DNA of 64,000 bases from an uncultured Hyphomicrobiales bacterium (lineage in GTDB: Bacteria; Bacteroidota; Ignavibacteria; Kapaibacteriales; UBA2268), in the NCBI GenBank assembly GCA_964513465.1, contig CAZEMR010000005.1, positions 14,948 through 78,947 of the forward strand, given 5' to 3'. Numbering within the stretch: the first letter of the stretch is position 1; each line of letters starts with the position of its first letter. The notes under the pieces are model-generated. The model saw only the letters and a list, made by a program, of their open reading frames with translations. It was not told the origin of the DNA and did no database searches. Shown here in pieces: positions 46,969-57,828 of the stretch. The position numbers and the translations under genes were made by a program.

Positions 46969-46978
46969 TTAATTACAA

Positions 46979-48061
46979 TTAATCCGATGTCTCATAAATT
47001 CTTTTTGCAAGGGTGCGTCCGGCGGGCGTGCTAAGCTGGAATTTGCCCTGCAGCTTTGCTTCAGTCGTTATTGCCACAATCAGCTCCTTATCCGGAAATA
47101 CGAATATCAACTGACGGCCATTGCCCGACATAAAGTATGTGCCATGCTCCGGATAACTCCACCAGAGATAACCGAATTTCTTGTCGCCTGCGTCATTAAG
47201 CGGCGAGATCATTTCGCTGACCCATTCACGGCTAACGATTTGCTCATCATTCCATTCGCCTCCGTTAAGCACGAACTGTGCGATTTTGGCCATTTCGCGC
47301 GGCGTGGAGAGTATGCCATAGCTGCCGATTGTGACGCCCGATTTGTAGCGCAGCCAGTCATAATTCGTAAACCCAATTTTGCTGAATAATACCTCGTTTG
47401 CCCATACATCAGTGGGTTCTCCGACGGTGTTCTGGATTGCAGCGGAAATAATCATCGGGTCGCTGTCTTTATAATCGAATACTTCGCCAGGCTGGCTGGC
47501 GTATGGTTTTGCGAGTGAATATTCGACAAAAGAATCGGGGATTTCCTGCAATACCTGGAAGTCGTCGCCATCAAGCCCATAATTATCAAACGCAAGGCCG
47601 GATTGCATCATCAATAAATTGCGGATTGTAATTTTGCCTTTGTCGGGATGCTTTTCAATAATTTCGGGTAAATACGCGGCTATGCTGTCCTCGATCGATC
47701 CTAAAACGCCGTTTTCGATAGCGATTCCGGCCAGTATGCCTGTGATCTGTTTGGTGCACGACCAAAAGCCCCGCGGGGTGACCCGGTCGGATTCGTCGCG
47801 GGTATAGGATTCGGCGACGATTTTGCCATGCCTGAATACGCTGAAGCTGCGTATCATCCAAAGGTCGGGATCGTTATGGACATCTTCGAATACTGCGGTC
47901 AGCGTATCGCGGTTGATTGCTGCGTCTTCAGGCGAGATGATTTCCCAGCCATCATTAATATCGACAGGCTCGAAACCTGCGAAATCGTTCCTGATCGGGT
48001 CCTCGGTCATACAGGCAGTCATCGAAATCAGCAATGCTATATATATTATTTTTGCTTTCAT
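46979..48061 (-). CDS. Serine hydrolase, beta-lactamase/transpeptidase-like family (lipoprotein)
   Basis: Lipobox MTAC. SxxK motif (SCTK). Confidence 0.7.
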   Translation of the reverse strand: MKAKIIYIALLISMTACMTEDPIRNDFAGFEPVDINDGWEIISPEDAAINRDTLTAVFEDVHNDPDLWMIRSFSVFRHGKIVAESYTRDESDRVTPRGFWSCTKQITGILAGIAIENGVLGSIEDSIAAYLPEIIEKHPDKGKITIRNLLMMQSGLAFDNYGLDGDDFQVLQEIPDSFVEYSLAKPYASQPGEVFDYKDSDPMIISAAIQNTVGEPTDVWANEVLFSKIGFTNYDWLRYKSGVTIGSYGILSTPREMAKIAQFVLNGGEWNDEQIVSREWVSEMISPLNDAGDKKFGYLWWSYPEHGTYFMSGNGRQLIFVFPDKELIVAITTEAKLQGKFQLSTPAGRTLAKRIYETSD

Positions 48062-48063
48062 GA

Positions 48064-48810
48064 TTATTTTTCTCCCCAGTAATATTTAAAATTCAGGCTG
48101 TGATTCAGGTAATCGAATTCGGGTTCGTCGAAATAATTCAGGAATCTGAATGAGTATCCGACCGATAGGAAGGGATCGTCCTTATCGAAAATATAATTCA
48201 TTTCGTAATAAAGATTATTGAAAAGATTTAAGCTCCCAGCGCGGAAATTAGAGTGCAGATCGGATATTATATCGCCAGTGCGCAGTGAAAAAATATACTC
48301 CGGCTTTTCCTTGTCGGGACGCGATACAAGCCCCAGTATCGAATTCGAGGGCTTTATTTCGATTTCGTCGTTGCGATAGGGGATATAAGCCCTTAGCTCC
48401 GGCGAAACCGAATACGAAGTAATCCAGAAATCATGGCCCATCTGCAGATCAGGATACAAAGACAACTGATAATATGCTTCGAAATTTGCGCCGGCATAGG
48501 TTGTGATATTATCCATCCAATCAGTCTTCCAGCCGTAAAATACTTTTATCGGAGTCAGCGCCAGATTGAGCCCGATAATGTCCTTGCCATGATTAAATCC
48601 GCCGCGAAGCCACGACTCAATCTCGAATTTATTATTGCCGCAGATTTCCGAATACGCGTAGCCCAGGCTGACTTCATAGCCGCTGAAAATTATTCCATGA
48701 TTGAATGCATCCTTATTCTGATGCCAGTCGAAATTGAGCATAACCTTGTTTTCCGCTCTGATCTGACTTGCAATCAGTAAAAAAAACAGCACAAAAATGA
48801 TTTTTTTCAT
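48064..48810 (-). CDS. Hypothetical secreted/outer-membrane protein
   Basis: Signal peptide MKKIIFVLFFLLIASQIRA. Tyr/Phe-rich alternating segments. No domain recognised. Confidence 0.45.
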   Translation of the reverse strand: MKKIIFVLFFLLIASQIRAENKVMLNFDWHQNKDAFNHGIIFSGYEVSLGYAYSEICGNNKFEIESWLRGGFNHGKDIIGLNLALTPIKVFYGWKTDWMDNITTYAGANFEAYYQLSLYPDLQMGHDFWITSYSVSPELRAYIPYRNDEIEIKPSNSILGLVSRPDKEKPEYIFSLRTGDIISDLHSNFRAGSLNLFNNLYYEMNYIFDKDDPFLSVGYSFRFLNYFDEPEFDYLNHSLNFKYYWGEK

Positions 48811-48905
48811 TTCTCCGAAACCTCATTTTTTTTGTATGAAATTATTTATGTACATTTGTAAGAACCCAAATATAAGGAATTTAGAAATACTAACAAAGTT
48901 AGTTT

Positions 48906-49493
48906 ATGCCAAGAAGAAATTATAAAGAAGATATTGTAAAGTCTGCCAAAGAATTATTATCCAAATATGGCTATGATCACATAAATATGCGCAAAATCGC
49001 CCAGGGTGCGGGCATAAAAGCGGCAAGTATATATAACCATTTCAAAAATAAAGACGAGATTTATTATACATTGATTCTCGATGGGCGATTGCTGCTTGCA
49101 AAAAGAATTCGCGAATACATAGATCAGTACGACGACGTCGAGAGCAAACTGAAAGCATATGTGGACGCATATCTCGATTTCGGATTCGAAAACCCCGAGT
49201 ATTATCGCATAATGTTCATGCAGTCATACCCCGAAAAAGCAATGGCGCCGGTGAAGGACAAAATCGCCCGCGAAATCGAGCCCGGACTGAATACGCTAGC
49301 TCAGTTTCTTCAGGAATATACCGGACTGGGCGCAAAAGAGGCCATGAACCTTGGCGAGGCTTTCTTTCATATACTTCATGGGCATGTATCGCTCTCCATT
49401 CTAAACCGCGCCGATTTTTTGTTCGACGTCGAAGCCGCCGGCAATAAAATCAGAGAAATCATCCGGGTATATTTGAGCAGCATCAAAAAGTAA
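48906..49493 (+). CDS. TetR/AcrR family transcriptional regulator
   Basis: HTH YGYDHINMRKIAQGAGIKAASIYNHFKNKDEIY. Confidence 0.85.
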   Translation: MPRRNYKEDIVKSAKELLSKYGYDHINMRKIAQGAGIKAASIYNHFKNKDEIYYTLILDGRLLLAKRIREYIDQYDDVESKLKAYVDAYLDFGFENPEYYRIMFMQSYPEKAMAPVKDKIAREIEPGLNTLAQFLQEYTGLGAKEAMNLGEAFFHILHGHVSLSILNRADFLFDVEAAGNKIREIIRVYLSSIKK

Positions 49494-49736
49494 CCCTACC
49501 CAAATATAAATGTACCCAAATTCATGGGAAATATTAATCTTCCGCCACAAAACAATTCGGCGGCGGGCTGTTCGTTGATTAATACAGACATCCGGACTTC
49601 ACAACCGGATTCCTCGTTTTTTTAATCCCGAATTTGCAAAACAAAATCACCGCTTTTTTTGATCTCTATAAATTATTGAAATAATAAGATTTATCCATAT
49701 ACCCACTTTTTATTCATCATACCACAGGAGCTATTT

Positions 49737-49988
49737 ATGCAACCAGCACTTCAAATCAGATTCGACGACGACAAACAGAAACTGCACTGGGATAGTATCG
49801 ACGGCGCCCAGGAATACCTGATCGAAGGTAAACCCGAAAAAAGCACTAACTGGGCGAAAATCTATCAGGGCACTGACACCGAGGCCAAATACACATTCCC
49901 GCCGGATATTCACGAAATCCGCGGCAAAGTTAAAAAGGATGGCGAGTGGAGCGACTTCAGCTTTGTGAGCAAGATCACCACCGTATGA
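49737..49988 (+). CDS. Small FN3-like hypothetical protein (83 aa)
   Basis: Strong RBS AGGAG. Pattern KLHWDSIDGAQEYLIEGK resembles a fibronectin type III strand pattern. Confidence 0.45.
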   Translation: MQPALQIRFDDDKQKLHWDSIDGAQEYLIEGKPEKSTNWAKIYQGTDTEAKYTFPPDIHEIRGKVKKDGEWSDFSFVSKITTV

Positions 49989-50016
49989 TTCGGCCAATTT
50001 AAAAAACATCAATGCG

Positions 50017-50046
50017 CATCGGAAATTGTCCGGTGCGCTTTTTTAT
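50017..50046 (+). terminator. Rho-independent terminator
   Basis: GCGCATCGGaaattgtCCGGTGCGCtttttt. Confidence 0.6.
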
Positions 50047-50124
50047 TGCTATATAATTTATTTATATGCTTAATCGGGATATTTTCATTAAATTTATGAA
50101 TTACCCACAAATAAAAATTCGGTT

Positions 50125-50607
50125 ATGTACAGACAGATTCTGATTGCAGCAATTATCGCTCTGGCTCTGGCAGGATGCGGCGAAGGCCTGGCGCCGACCG
50201 CCGACGACGGCCGCACAGCATTCGGCGGCACAATCCGCTTTATCCCGCATGATGGCTGGCCGCCTCCGGATTCGGTGATGGATGTGCGGGTGATCGCATT
50301 CAAAAAATTTCCGCCTGAAGATATCATCCAGGCAGTCCTCAGCGGCGATGCTTATTTCGTGCAGAACAGCATCCAATACGGTGTCGATTCCGCAAATTAC
50401 GAAATCGAAATCGAGGAGCCGCCGGAGACTCTCGAGTATATCGCAGTTGCGCTTCAATTCGGAGGTATCTACGACTGGCGGGCAATCGGGGTGTATTCGT
50501 CGCACGATGACTTCGCACCCGACTCGCTTCACCTCGAAGCCGGAGAAGTACGCATGGATATAAATATAACAGTCGATTTCAACAATCCGCCACCCCAGCC
50601 ATTCTGA
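50125..50607 (+). CDS. Hypothetical lipoprotein
   Basis: Lipobox LALAGC. No domain recognised. Confidence 0.55.
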   Translation: MYRQILIAAIIALALAGCGEGLAPTADDGRTAFGGTIRFIPHDGWPPPDSVMDVRVIAFKKFPPEDIIQAVLSGDAYFVQNSIQYGVDSANYEIEIEEPPETLEYIAVALQFGGIYDWRAIGVYSSHDDFAPDSLHLEAGEVRMDINITVDFNNPPPQPF

Positions 50608-50624
50608 TATAATGGAGTATAAGC

Positions 50625-52838
50625 ATGAATCTGAAAATATTTTCGATAGCTCTGATTTTTTCCCAGATAGTATTAATTCAAATAGCATCCGGGCAGCAAT
50701 ATGATTTAAATGGCCGGGTTCTCGACGAATCGGGCGAGCCGCTCGCGGGGGCGAGCGTCAGCATAGTTGGTGCGCCCAAAGGCTCATATGCCGATAAAGA
50801 CGGAGGGTTCAGTCTTACCGGGATTGAAGCCGGAACATATAAATTAAAAATATCAATGATTGGCTATTCTGTTAAATCGGTTACGATAAATGTGCCGCTG
50901 CCCGAGCCGCTGATTATCCGCATGGCTGAACAGCCGCTGCGCACCAGCGAGGTCGTCGTTTCGGCAAATAAACGCGTTCAGGCGGTGCAGGAGGTGCCCA
51001 TATCCATATCGGTGGTCAGCCTCGAAAGCATTATCGACCGCGGTGTGGTCAAACTCGACAATGCTCTGGCATATGTGCCCGGCGTGGAAATTTTGGGCGA
51101 AGACGTCAGCATCCGCGGATCGGCGGGGTTTACCTTCGGGCTGGGCTCGCGCGTAGCGATGCTGGTGGACGGCTTCCCGATGATGTCCGCCGATAATGGC
51201 GATATTAAATTCAACCAGTTGCCAATGTTCGAAATCGAGCGCATCGAGGTGGTCAAGGGCGCAGGATCGGCGCTATACGGCACCAGCGCTCTCGGCGGGG
51301 TTATAAATATAATCACGCGCGATCCGGAGAAAGATTTCGGAAAAATCAGGGGATTCACAGGATTTTATACACAGCCGCGATACGAGCAGTGGCAATATAC
51401 GGACAATATCCGCCAGCGCAGCGGAGTAGAGCTTGGCGGCGCAGCCGATCTTTTCGGGATCAGCACATTGGTTTCGGCCGGACTATTTACCGACGACAGC
51501 TACACACGGTATCACGACCAGAAGGGCGGGAATATTTTCGCAAAATTTTCCCGCGATTTAAGCGAACGGACCTCCGTATCGCTGACCACGAGCGGGGCTT
51601 TCGGCGACCGCGCCAATTGGGTCTACTGGAAAAGTCTCGACAGCGCGACAATCCCCTCAGAGGGCACAGACGAAAGCGTCCGGCTTTTGTCGAATAATTC
51701 GACCATATTCGGCGAAGTTCGGCATTTCCTTTCGGATGAGGATTTTATGACATTTCGCGCGGGAGTGTTCAATTCATTTTTCGAGACCAGCCACTTAGAG
51801 AGCGATCCCGAGAAGCGGCGATCTCAGTCGAATTCAATAAATTCGATGCTGCAGTTTAATATTACCCTGGCCGAGAATTTGCTGCTTACCACTGGTGCGG
51901 ATTTCCGGTATAATTATGTAGAATCAATAATTTACGGTGGGGAGTCATGGCAATCGATTGTGGCGGCTTATGCCCAGGCCGAGGCGAAATATTTCGACGC
52001 ACTCAATCTTACGCTCGGCGCACGGGTCGACCAAGAGCAAACCGGCGAATACACAGGCGATACCGATTATCCTGATCATCTGGAAATTTCTCCCAAATTC
52101 GGGGCGAATTATGGATTGCCCTTCGGCATGATGCTGCGGGCCTCGGTTGGCAAGGGATTTCGCGCAGCGTCGATCGCCGAGAAATTCTCAGCAGTGCAGT
52201 TCCAGGGATTCGAAGTAGTGCCCAATCCCGATCTGGCCCCCGAGCAGAGCTGGAGCTACGAAATCGGCGCTTCGTATGAATTTACAAATGCAGGGTTCCC
52301 GATTGAATTAGATATATCTATATTCCGCAATGAATTGATTAATTTAATAGAGCCATCCATATTAAATCAGACCCAGGGATCGATCCGCTTCGAAAATGTC
52401 ACACGTGCCAGGGTAAGCGGTGTGGAATTCACCGCCCGAACGTTCCTGTTCAAAACGCTTGGCTTCGAGACGGGAATTACTTATATGGATCCGCGCGATC
52501 TGACCAACAACGAAATATTGAAATACCGATCAGAATTGCTATGGTACTCGCGGCTTTTATTGCCGCTCGGCGCAGTCGAGCTTCAGGCGGATTATCGATA
52601 TAAATCGGAATTCAAAAATATTGATGAAGAGCTTAAATTCCAGGTGCGCGATTACGATGCCCGGGTGCCGGTGCACGTGGTCGATGTCCGCGCTTCGCTC
52701 GATCTTGGCAAAATGACGGAATACCCGCTGAAGCTGACGCTGAACGCGGAGAATCTGCTGGATTATTATTATGTAAATATGGTGGGCAATCTGGCCCAGA
52801 CCCGCCATATCAGTCTTCAGATGGAGATGGATTTTTGA
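50625..52838 (+). CDS. TonB-dependent receptor with N-terminal carboxypeptidase-regulatory-like domain
   Basis: CarbopepD_reg-like NGRVLDESGEPLAGASVSIVGAPKGSYADKDGGFSL. Plug domain. 22-strand barrel. C-terminal Phe. Confidence 0.85.
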   Translation: MNLKIFSIALIFSQIVLIQIASGQQYDLNGRVLDESGEPLAGASVSIVGAPKGSYADKDGGFSLTGIEAGTYKLKISMIGYSVKSVTINVPLPEPLIIRMAEQPLRTSEVVVSANKRVQAVQEVPISISVVSLESIIDRGVVKLDNALAYVPGVEILGEDVSIRGSAGFTFGLGSRVAMLVDGFPMMSADNGDIKFNQLPMFEIERIEVVKGAGSALYGTSALGGVINIITRDPEKDFGKIRGFTGFYTQPRYEQWQYTDNIRQRSGVELGGAADLFGISTLVSAGLFTDDSYTRYHDQKGGNIFAKFSRDLSERTSVSLTTSGAFGDRANWVYWKSLDSATIPSEGTDESVRLLSNNSTIFGEVRHFLSDEDFMTFRAGVFNSFFETSHLESDPEKRRSQSNSINSMLQFNITLAENLLLTTGADFRYNYVESIIYGGESWQSIVAAYAQAEAKYFDALNLTLGARVDQEQTGEYTGDTDYPDHLEISPKFGANYGLPFGMMLRASVGKGFRAASIAEKFSAVQFQGFEVVPNPDLAPEQSWSYEIGASYEFTNAGFPIELDISIFRNELINLIEPSILNQTQGSIRFENVTRARVSGVEFTARTFLFKTLGFETGITYMDPRDLTNNEILKYRSELLWYSRLLLPLGAVELQADYRYKSEFKNIDEELKFQVRDYDARVPVHVVDVRASLDLGKMTEYPLKLTLNAENLLDYYYVNMVGNLAQTRHISLQMEMDF

Positions 52839-53697
52839 TGCCGCGACGGGCGATCATACGCATGACTCCGATAGTAACCGTTAGCCCGCCAAAGAAGAAT
52901 GCCAGCGAATACGATGGCGGCAAATCGGGCGTTGCCTGATCCATCTGCTCAAGTTCGGGGACATTGATTACGACAATTGCCAGCGCGTTATTAGCAAAAT
53001 GCAGTATTATCGGCACTATGATCGATTTTGTGTAATACGCGAAAAATCCGAGATAAAATCCGATATACATCAGCGGGATGACGTCGATCGGATTCAGATG
53101 AATAAGCCCGAAAATTGCGCCGGCGATCAGCATCGCCTTCCAGGGGCGCAGCTTTTCTTCCATCGTCCGCTGAAGGAATCCGCGGAACAGCAGCTCTTCG
53201 GCAATCGCCGGGATAGCGGCTCCGATAATCAGGCCGCGGATCATCGCCCAGGCGGTGCCGCCGCCGAGCATTGTTACGTATAAATCGCGGATATTTTCCC
53301 GCAGATTTTCGTAAATTCCAAGTAGTTTATCCGGCACAAGAAATTCCTGCAATCCGGCCCATCCACTGACGAGGAACTGCATTCCTATTATTCCGAACAA
53401 TCCGAGCAGGATTTCCCGCAGCCGCGGGTTTTCCGCCAGCCGGAAGAGCTCTGAGCGCGGAATGGGAATGAAACGCGCGGCCAGCATCACCGGCACAAGC
53501 ATAAACAATAACTGTGAAATTCCCTGAATATATGGAGCAAGTGCGCCCTTCGGGTCGAAATTCATCGCAAAGAATAATGATGCGCTGGCTGAGTGGTAGA
53601 GCATCATTATCCCCAGGGTGACTGCTATCGGAAAGAAAACATAGGGAAAATTTCTGACTTGCTGAATTTCCTGATAAATATCCGGCTTCTTATCCAT
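52810..53697 (-). CDS. CPBP family intramembrane glutamic endopeptidase (CAAX protease-like)
   Basis: Motif EELLFRGFLQ. Multiple TM helices. Confidence 0.8.
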   Translation of the reverse strand: MDKKPDIYQEIQQVRNFPYVFFPIAVTLGIMMLYHSASASLFFAMNFDPKGALAPYIQGISQLLFMLVPVMLAARFIPIPRSELFRLAENPRLREILLGLFGIIGMQFLVSGWAGLQEFLVPDKLLGIYENLRENIRDLYVTMLGGGTAWAMIRGLIIGAAIPAIAEELLFRGFLQRTMEEKLRPWKAMLIAGAIFGLIHLNPIDVIPLMYIGFYLGFFAYYTKSIIVPIILHFANNALAIVVINVPELEQMDQATPDLPPSYSLAFFFGGLTVTIGVMRMIARRGIKNPSPSED

Positions 53698-53777
53698 AAA
53701 TACTATTTTGATTTAATTTTACAATGTTTATATTGCCGCAATTACAAATCTAATTATAAAATATTATTTTATTAGCA

Positions 53778-56700
53778 ATGAAAAAAATCCTGCTCGTTTT
53801 TTCCGCAATATTCCTTCTGTCGATATACATTACGAAGGCCGATCCGGCTGTAGTCATCAGCGAATACGCCAATGGCGAGAGCGCCGGCGACGAATGGACC
53901 GAGCTGCTTGTCATAGGCGACCACGTCGATATGCGTGGCTGGAAGCTGCACGACAACAGCGCCACCGGAAGCTGGCAGCCCGGCGTCGAATTTGCCGATG
54001 TCCGGCTATGGTCCGACCTTCGACGCGGCACTGTGATAGTAATCCACCATCGCAGCAGCGTATTCTTTCGCGACGCTACCGGACTCGACGGCGCGATCGA
54101 AGTGGCCGCGCTCGATAGCGATATTTTCAACCGGGCGATGTTTGGCCATCCGGAGAACGAGTGGAATATTCGCGCGCTCAATATTAGCAAATCTCAGGAA
54201 ATAATCCAACTTGTTGATTCTGACGGCAACCATGTTCATGCGCTGGCGCACGGCCCGGAAAGCGATGACTACCGCAATATAAGCGGCCATAAGGCACGGT
54301 ATCCGGGCGGAATTCCGTCGATTTCGTCGGTCAGAATTGCGCCGGGGCTTAGCGTATCGTCATATTGGAACGGCGGCGCCCCAGCGACCGTTTATGCGGA
54401 TTCGCTGGAGACAACGGCGCTGCTGACAGGGCTGCCCAATCTGCGGCCCGGCGGCGATCCGGGTTATAATAATAATTATAAATTATGGCAAAAATTGCGC
54501 GAGCCCGAATGGGACGATCCTCAGACTTATGCCTGGCCCTCGAATAACGGGGTGAAACTCGACTGGAAGGCCTGCGAATCTATCGATCCCGACGGTTTCA
54601 ATGAGGGATATATTATTACGAAAACCTCGGAGGACAGCCTCTCGATGGCCGGGCACCCCAAGGACGGCTGGGTTTATAAAAAGCATGATATGATCGGCGC
54701 AACTCATGTGGTGGCAACCGTTTCGGCTGGTTCGACCACATTTATGGATAATTTTCCGATTCACGGCCAAAAATCATATTATTATCGCGTATATGCCTAC
54801 AGATATAATAAAGATGATCAGAATTTATTTACAAATCAGGAAAATGCTTATCTATACGGTCGCGGCCGTGCTTATAACCAGGATGATTTTGCCGAAATGC
54901 GGGTCACATTCTACAATCCGCCGGAGCCACATATCTGGGTGAAGGACGGCAGGGATACATTCTGCCTGGGCGATACGACGGTTCTGTACCTCGATCTCGA
55001 GGCGGGCGATTACCACGTCGAATGGTTTCGCGGCGGTTCCATCCAGGTGCAGAATCAGGATTCGCTGGTTGTGCGCCAGACCGGAACCTACCACGTCAAG
55101 GTCTCATATGGCGACGAGGAATATGTCTGGTCGAACGAAATATATATACATGTGATCGACAGCCCCGATGCGAAGATTTATACAGACGGCGGCCGGGCGA
55201 TTACGAGGGATACTTCGATAATCTCATGCGGAGCCGAGCCGATCAGGCTCGAAGCCGCCGGCGGCGACCGCTATGAATGGTACCGCGGCGGCCAGCTCGT
55301 CGATGACGGCCCGGCGGAATATCTGGCCGAAGAGGCCGGCAAGTATTATGCAATTGTCTGGATGGAGGATAAATGCTTCGATACGACTACCTCGGTGGAT
55401 GTTGTATTGAAAGATGTTGATTTTGCATTCCGCGAGGATACGGTCGCGATATATTTATATAATATGCAAAGCCAGCGCCAGGTGGACGCCGCATTGATTA
55501 ACAATTCCGACGCAGAGCTGACCATAACGCCGGAGGATCTGGATATTCCGGCTTCATTTTCGATTATCGCACCGTCATTTCCATGGAAGATAGCGCCGAA
55601 TTCCCAAATGACGTTTACTATTCGCTTCTCGCTATCGACTGTCGGTGTGATGAAGGGGCATTTGATATACAATGGTCCCTGCGACAAAAGCGACAGCCTC
55701 TGGCTTTACGGCGAAAAGCGCGACCAGCCATTCGACGCGAACCCGGCAAAGCTCGAGATTACCGACCTACTGCCATGCAATCCGCCGCTGGATACCACGC
55801 TGACAATCATTAACCGCGATAAATTCGAAATGACATTCGAAGAGCCGCAGCTTGGATTCCCGTTCGAAATCATCGAGCCGGAATTCCCTTACTCATTAGA
55901 AGCGGGAGATACATTATATATTAAATTGCGCATCTATACGGGTTTTGCGGGCTGGGAGAAGGTGAGCATGAGAATGCAATACAGCCATCCCCAGCAGAGC
56001 GGCGATGCATGGTTCGACCTCAGCGCATATTGCCATACCCTCAGATTCGAATTCGAAGAAGATACCCTTCGGCTGGGCGAATCGCTGGCCTGCAAGGATA
56101 CGATCGAAACAAGCGTAGTTATCAAAAATACAGGCACACATGAATTAATATTCGACCAGCAGCCCGCAGGAGGGAATATCGAAATCCTCGATTTACCGAT
56201 TTCGATTGCAGCGGCTCAGCAGCGGGAGGTATTCATACGCGTAAAGCCTTCGGGAGGTGGGGATTATACGATTGCCGACAGCATATTCGCAGAGCCATGC
56301 CAAACTGCATCGGAGATTATCTGCACCGGCAGCCTAAGCGGAGCATATACTATCGAAATGAAGGACACATTCAATCTGTGGGTTAGCAGCGTATGCTCGA
56401 GCGCGACCTTTATTACGCCAAGGGGGATTAAAATCGGGGGAGATGTGCCGGAGGATATTCAGGTCTCGATCGAAGGCAGCAATCCGAATTTCAGCTTGTT
56501 TGTTGTTTATGAAGAGGATCATCCGGATTCGTTGACATTATTTTCGCGGTTCCATCCGCAGGAAGGCGAAAGATATTATAGTCAGGAATATAAGCTTACT
56601 TTCCAGCCCTGCGGATTTGTAAAGAAAATATATGCCCAGGGACTGGTCACGGATATTTATTATACATATTCGCCCGCAGCCTGCGATTTCGGAGATATTG

Positions 56701-57683
56701 AAATCAACACGTCAAAAACGATGAGCATTAATATTAAAAATGATTCTCTGCTGGCGATCGAAATTATCGATATTCCCGACGTACCGCCATTCGAATACGT
56801 CGGCCCCGATTTGCCAGTATATATAAAAGGCGGCGAGGACGCCGATCTGGTATTCCGATTTTCACCCGGAATTGCGGGGTCTTATTCAAGGGATATCGAA
56901 TTCATCACCGACTGGCCCTGCGGCGATACATTGCATTATTCTCTGACCGGGCGTGGCTTCGATTATCCCGATCCGAATATATTTTTCTATCTGCCGGAAA
57001 TCATCGAATCCAAACCCGGCGAAATATTCGAGCTGCCGATTGGCATCCGCGGGGCATCGACCGAAACCCTGAACAGACTGGCGATGGATTCGATTTATCT
57101 GGAAATCGGATTCGACCGAAAACTCGTCGAGCCACTGTCCGTGCGTACGGGAAATATCAATGACGGAATTGATGTGGAATTCGAACACACAGCCGGCGGC
57201 GCGGCGGTAACTCTCGATATTTCAGGTGAATTCGCAAATGCCACTGGTGATCTTGTCTGGCTGCGCTGCCTGACGCTATGGGGCGATAAATACCGTTCCG
57301 ATCTGACAATTGATTCCATCATCATTCGCTCTGAATATAATACTGCTCCCACGGTAGAAAACGGCGAGCTAATAATCAAAGGTACCTGCCAGCCAGACCA
57401 GCGCCGGATCGCATTTGGCGAGGACGTCGCGCTTTATACCAGCGGCGGCAATCCGCTATCGGACGCCGGCTCGGCGATATTCCGCACGGCGGTCGAAACC
57501 CGCACCACTCTGGAATTATTCAGCAGTCTTGGGGTCAAACTTGCCACTCTGGCCGACGGCTCGTTTTCGCCAGGCGTTCACGAACGCCCTCTGCCAGTCG
57601 GGGAGCTGAATTCGGGAGTGTATTTCTTAATATTGCGCACCGGCAATGCTGAAATAGTCCGGCGGATAATCATTACCAAATAA
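53778..57683 (+). CDS. Giant (1301 aa) secreted protein with N-terminal lamin-tail domain (LTD), multiple beta-rich repeats and a T9SS C-terminal sorting domain
   Basis: Signal peptide. LTD pattern AVVISEYANGESAGDEWTELLVIGDHVDMRGWKLHDNS…FADVRLWSDLRRGTVIVI. C-terminus …SGVYFLILRTGNAEIVRRIIITK (type A CTD). Confidence 0.75.
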   Translation: MKKILLVFSAIFLLSIYITKADPAVVISEYANGESAGDEWTELLVIGDHVDMRGWKLHDNSATGSWQPGVEFADVRLWSDLRRGTVIVIHHRSSVFFRDATGLDGAIEVAALDSDIFNRAMFGHPENEWNIRALNISKSQEIIQLVDSDGNHVHALAHGPESDDYRNISGHKARYPGGIPSISSVRIAPGLSVSSYWNGGAPATVYADSLETTALLTGLPNLRPGGDPGYNNNYKLWQKLREPEWDDPQTYAWPSNNGVKLDWKACESIDPDGFNEGYIITKTSEDSLSMAGHPKDGWVYKKHDMIGATHVVATVSAGSTTFMDNFPIHGQKSYYYRVYAYRYNKDDQNLFTNQENAYLYGRGRAYNQDDFAEMRVTFYNPPEPHIWVKDGRDTFCLGDTTVLYLDLEAGDYHVEWFRGGSIQVQNQDSLVVRQTGTYHVKVSYGDEEYVWSNEIYIHVIDSPDAKIYTDGGRAITRDTSIISCGAEPIRLEAAGGDRYEWYRGGQLVDDGPAEYLAEEAGKYYAIVWMEDKCFDTTTSVDVVLKDVDFAFREDTVAIYLYNMQSQRQVDAALINNSDAELTITPEDLDIPASFSIIAPSFPWKIAPNSQMTFTIRFSLSTVGVMKGHLIYNGPCDKSDSLWLYGEKRDQPFDANPAKLEITDLLPCNPPLDTTLTIINRDKFEMTFEEPQLGFPFEIIEPEFPYSLEAGDTLYIKLRIYTGFAGWEKVSMRMQYSHPQQSGDAWFDLSAYCHTLRFEFEEDTLRLGESLACKDTIETSVVIKNTGTHELIFDQQPAGGNIEILDLPISIAAAQQREVFIRVKPSGGGDYTIADSIFAEPCQTASEIICTGSLSGAYTIEMKDTFNLWVSSVCSSATFITPRGIKIGGDVPEDIQVSIEGSNPNFSLFVVYEEDHPDSLTLFSRFHPQEGERYYSQEYKLTFQPCGFVKKIYAQGLVTDIYYTYSPAACDFGDIEINTSKTMSINIKNDSLLAIEIIDIPDVPPFEYVGPDLPVYIKGGEDADLVFRFSPGIAGSYSRDIEFITDWPCGDTLHYSLTGRGFDYPDPNIFFYLPEIIESKPGEIFELPIGIRGASTETLNRLAMDSIYLEIGFDRKLVEPLSVRTGNINDGIDVEFEHTAGGAAVTLDISGEFANATGDLVWLRCLTLWGDKYRSDLTIDSIIIRSEYNTAPTVENGELIIKGTCQPDQRRIAFGEDVALYTSGGNPLSDAGSAIFRTAVETRTTLELFSSLGVKLATLADGSFSPGVHERPLPVGELNSGVYFLILRTGNAEIVRRIIITK

Positions 57684-57828
57684 TTGAATAAAAAATTCGT
57701 GCGGAGACCGTCGCTTTCATTTTGCGACAATATCTTTTTTCCATATCTTTGAATTTTGGTTAAAAGCATATTTTTAACAGAAATACAGGCATTCGAAATA
57801 ATTTTTTAATAATTCAAAAGGAGAAAAG

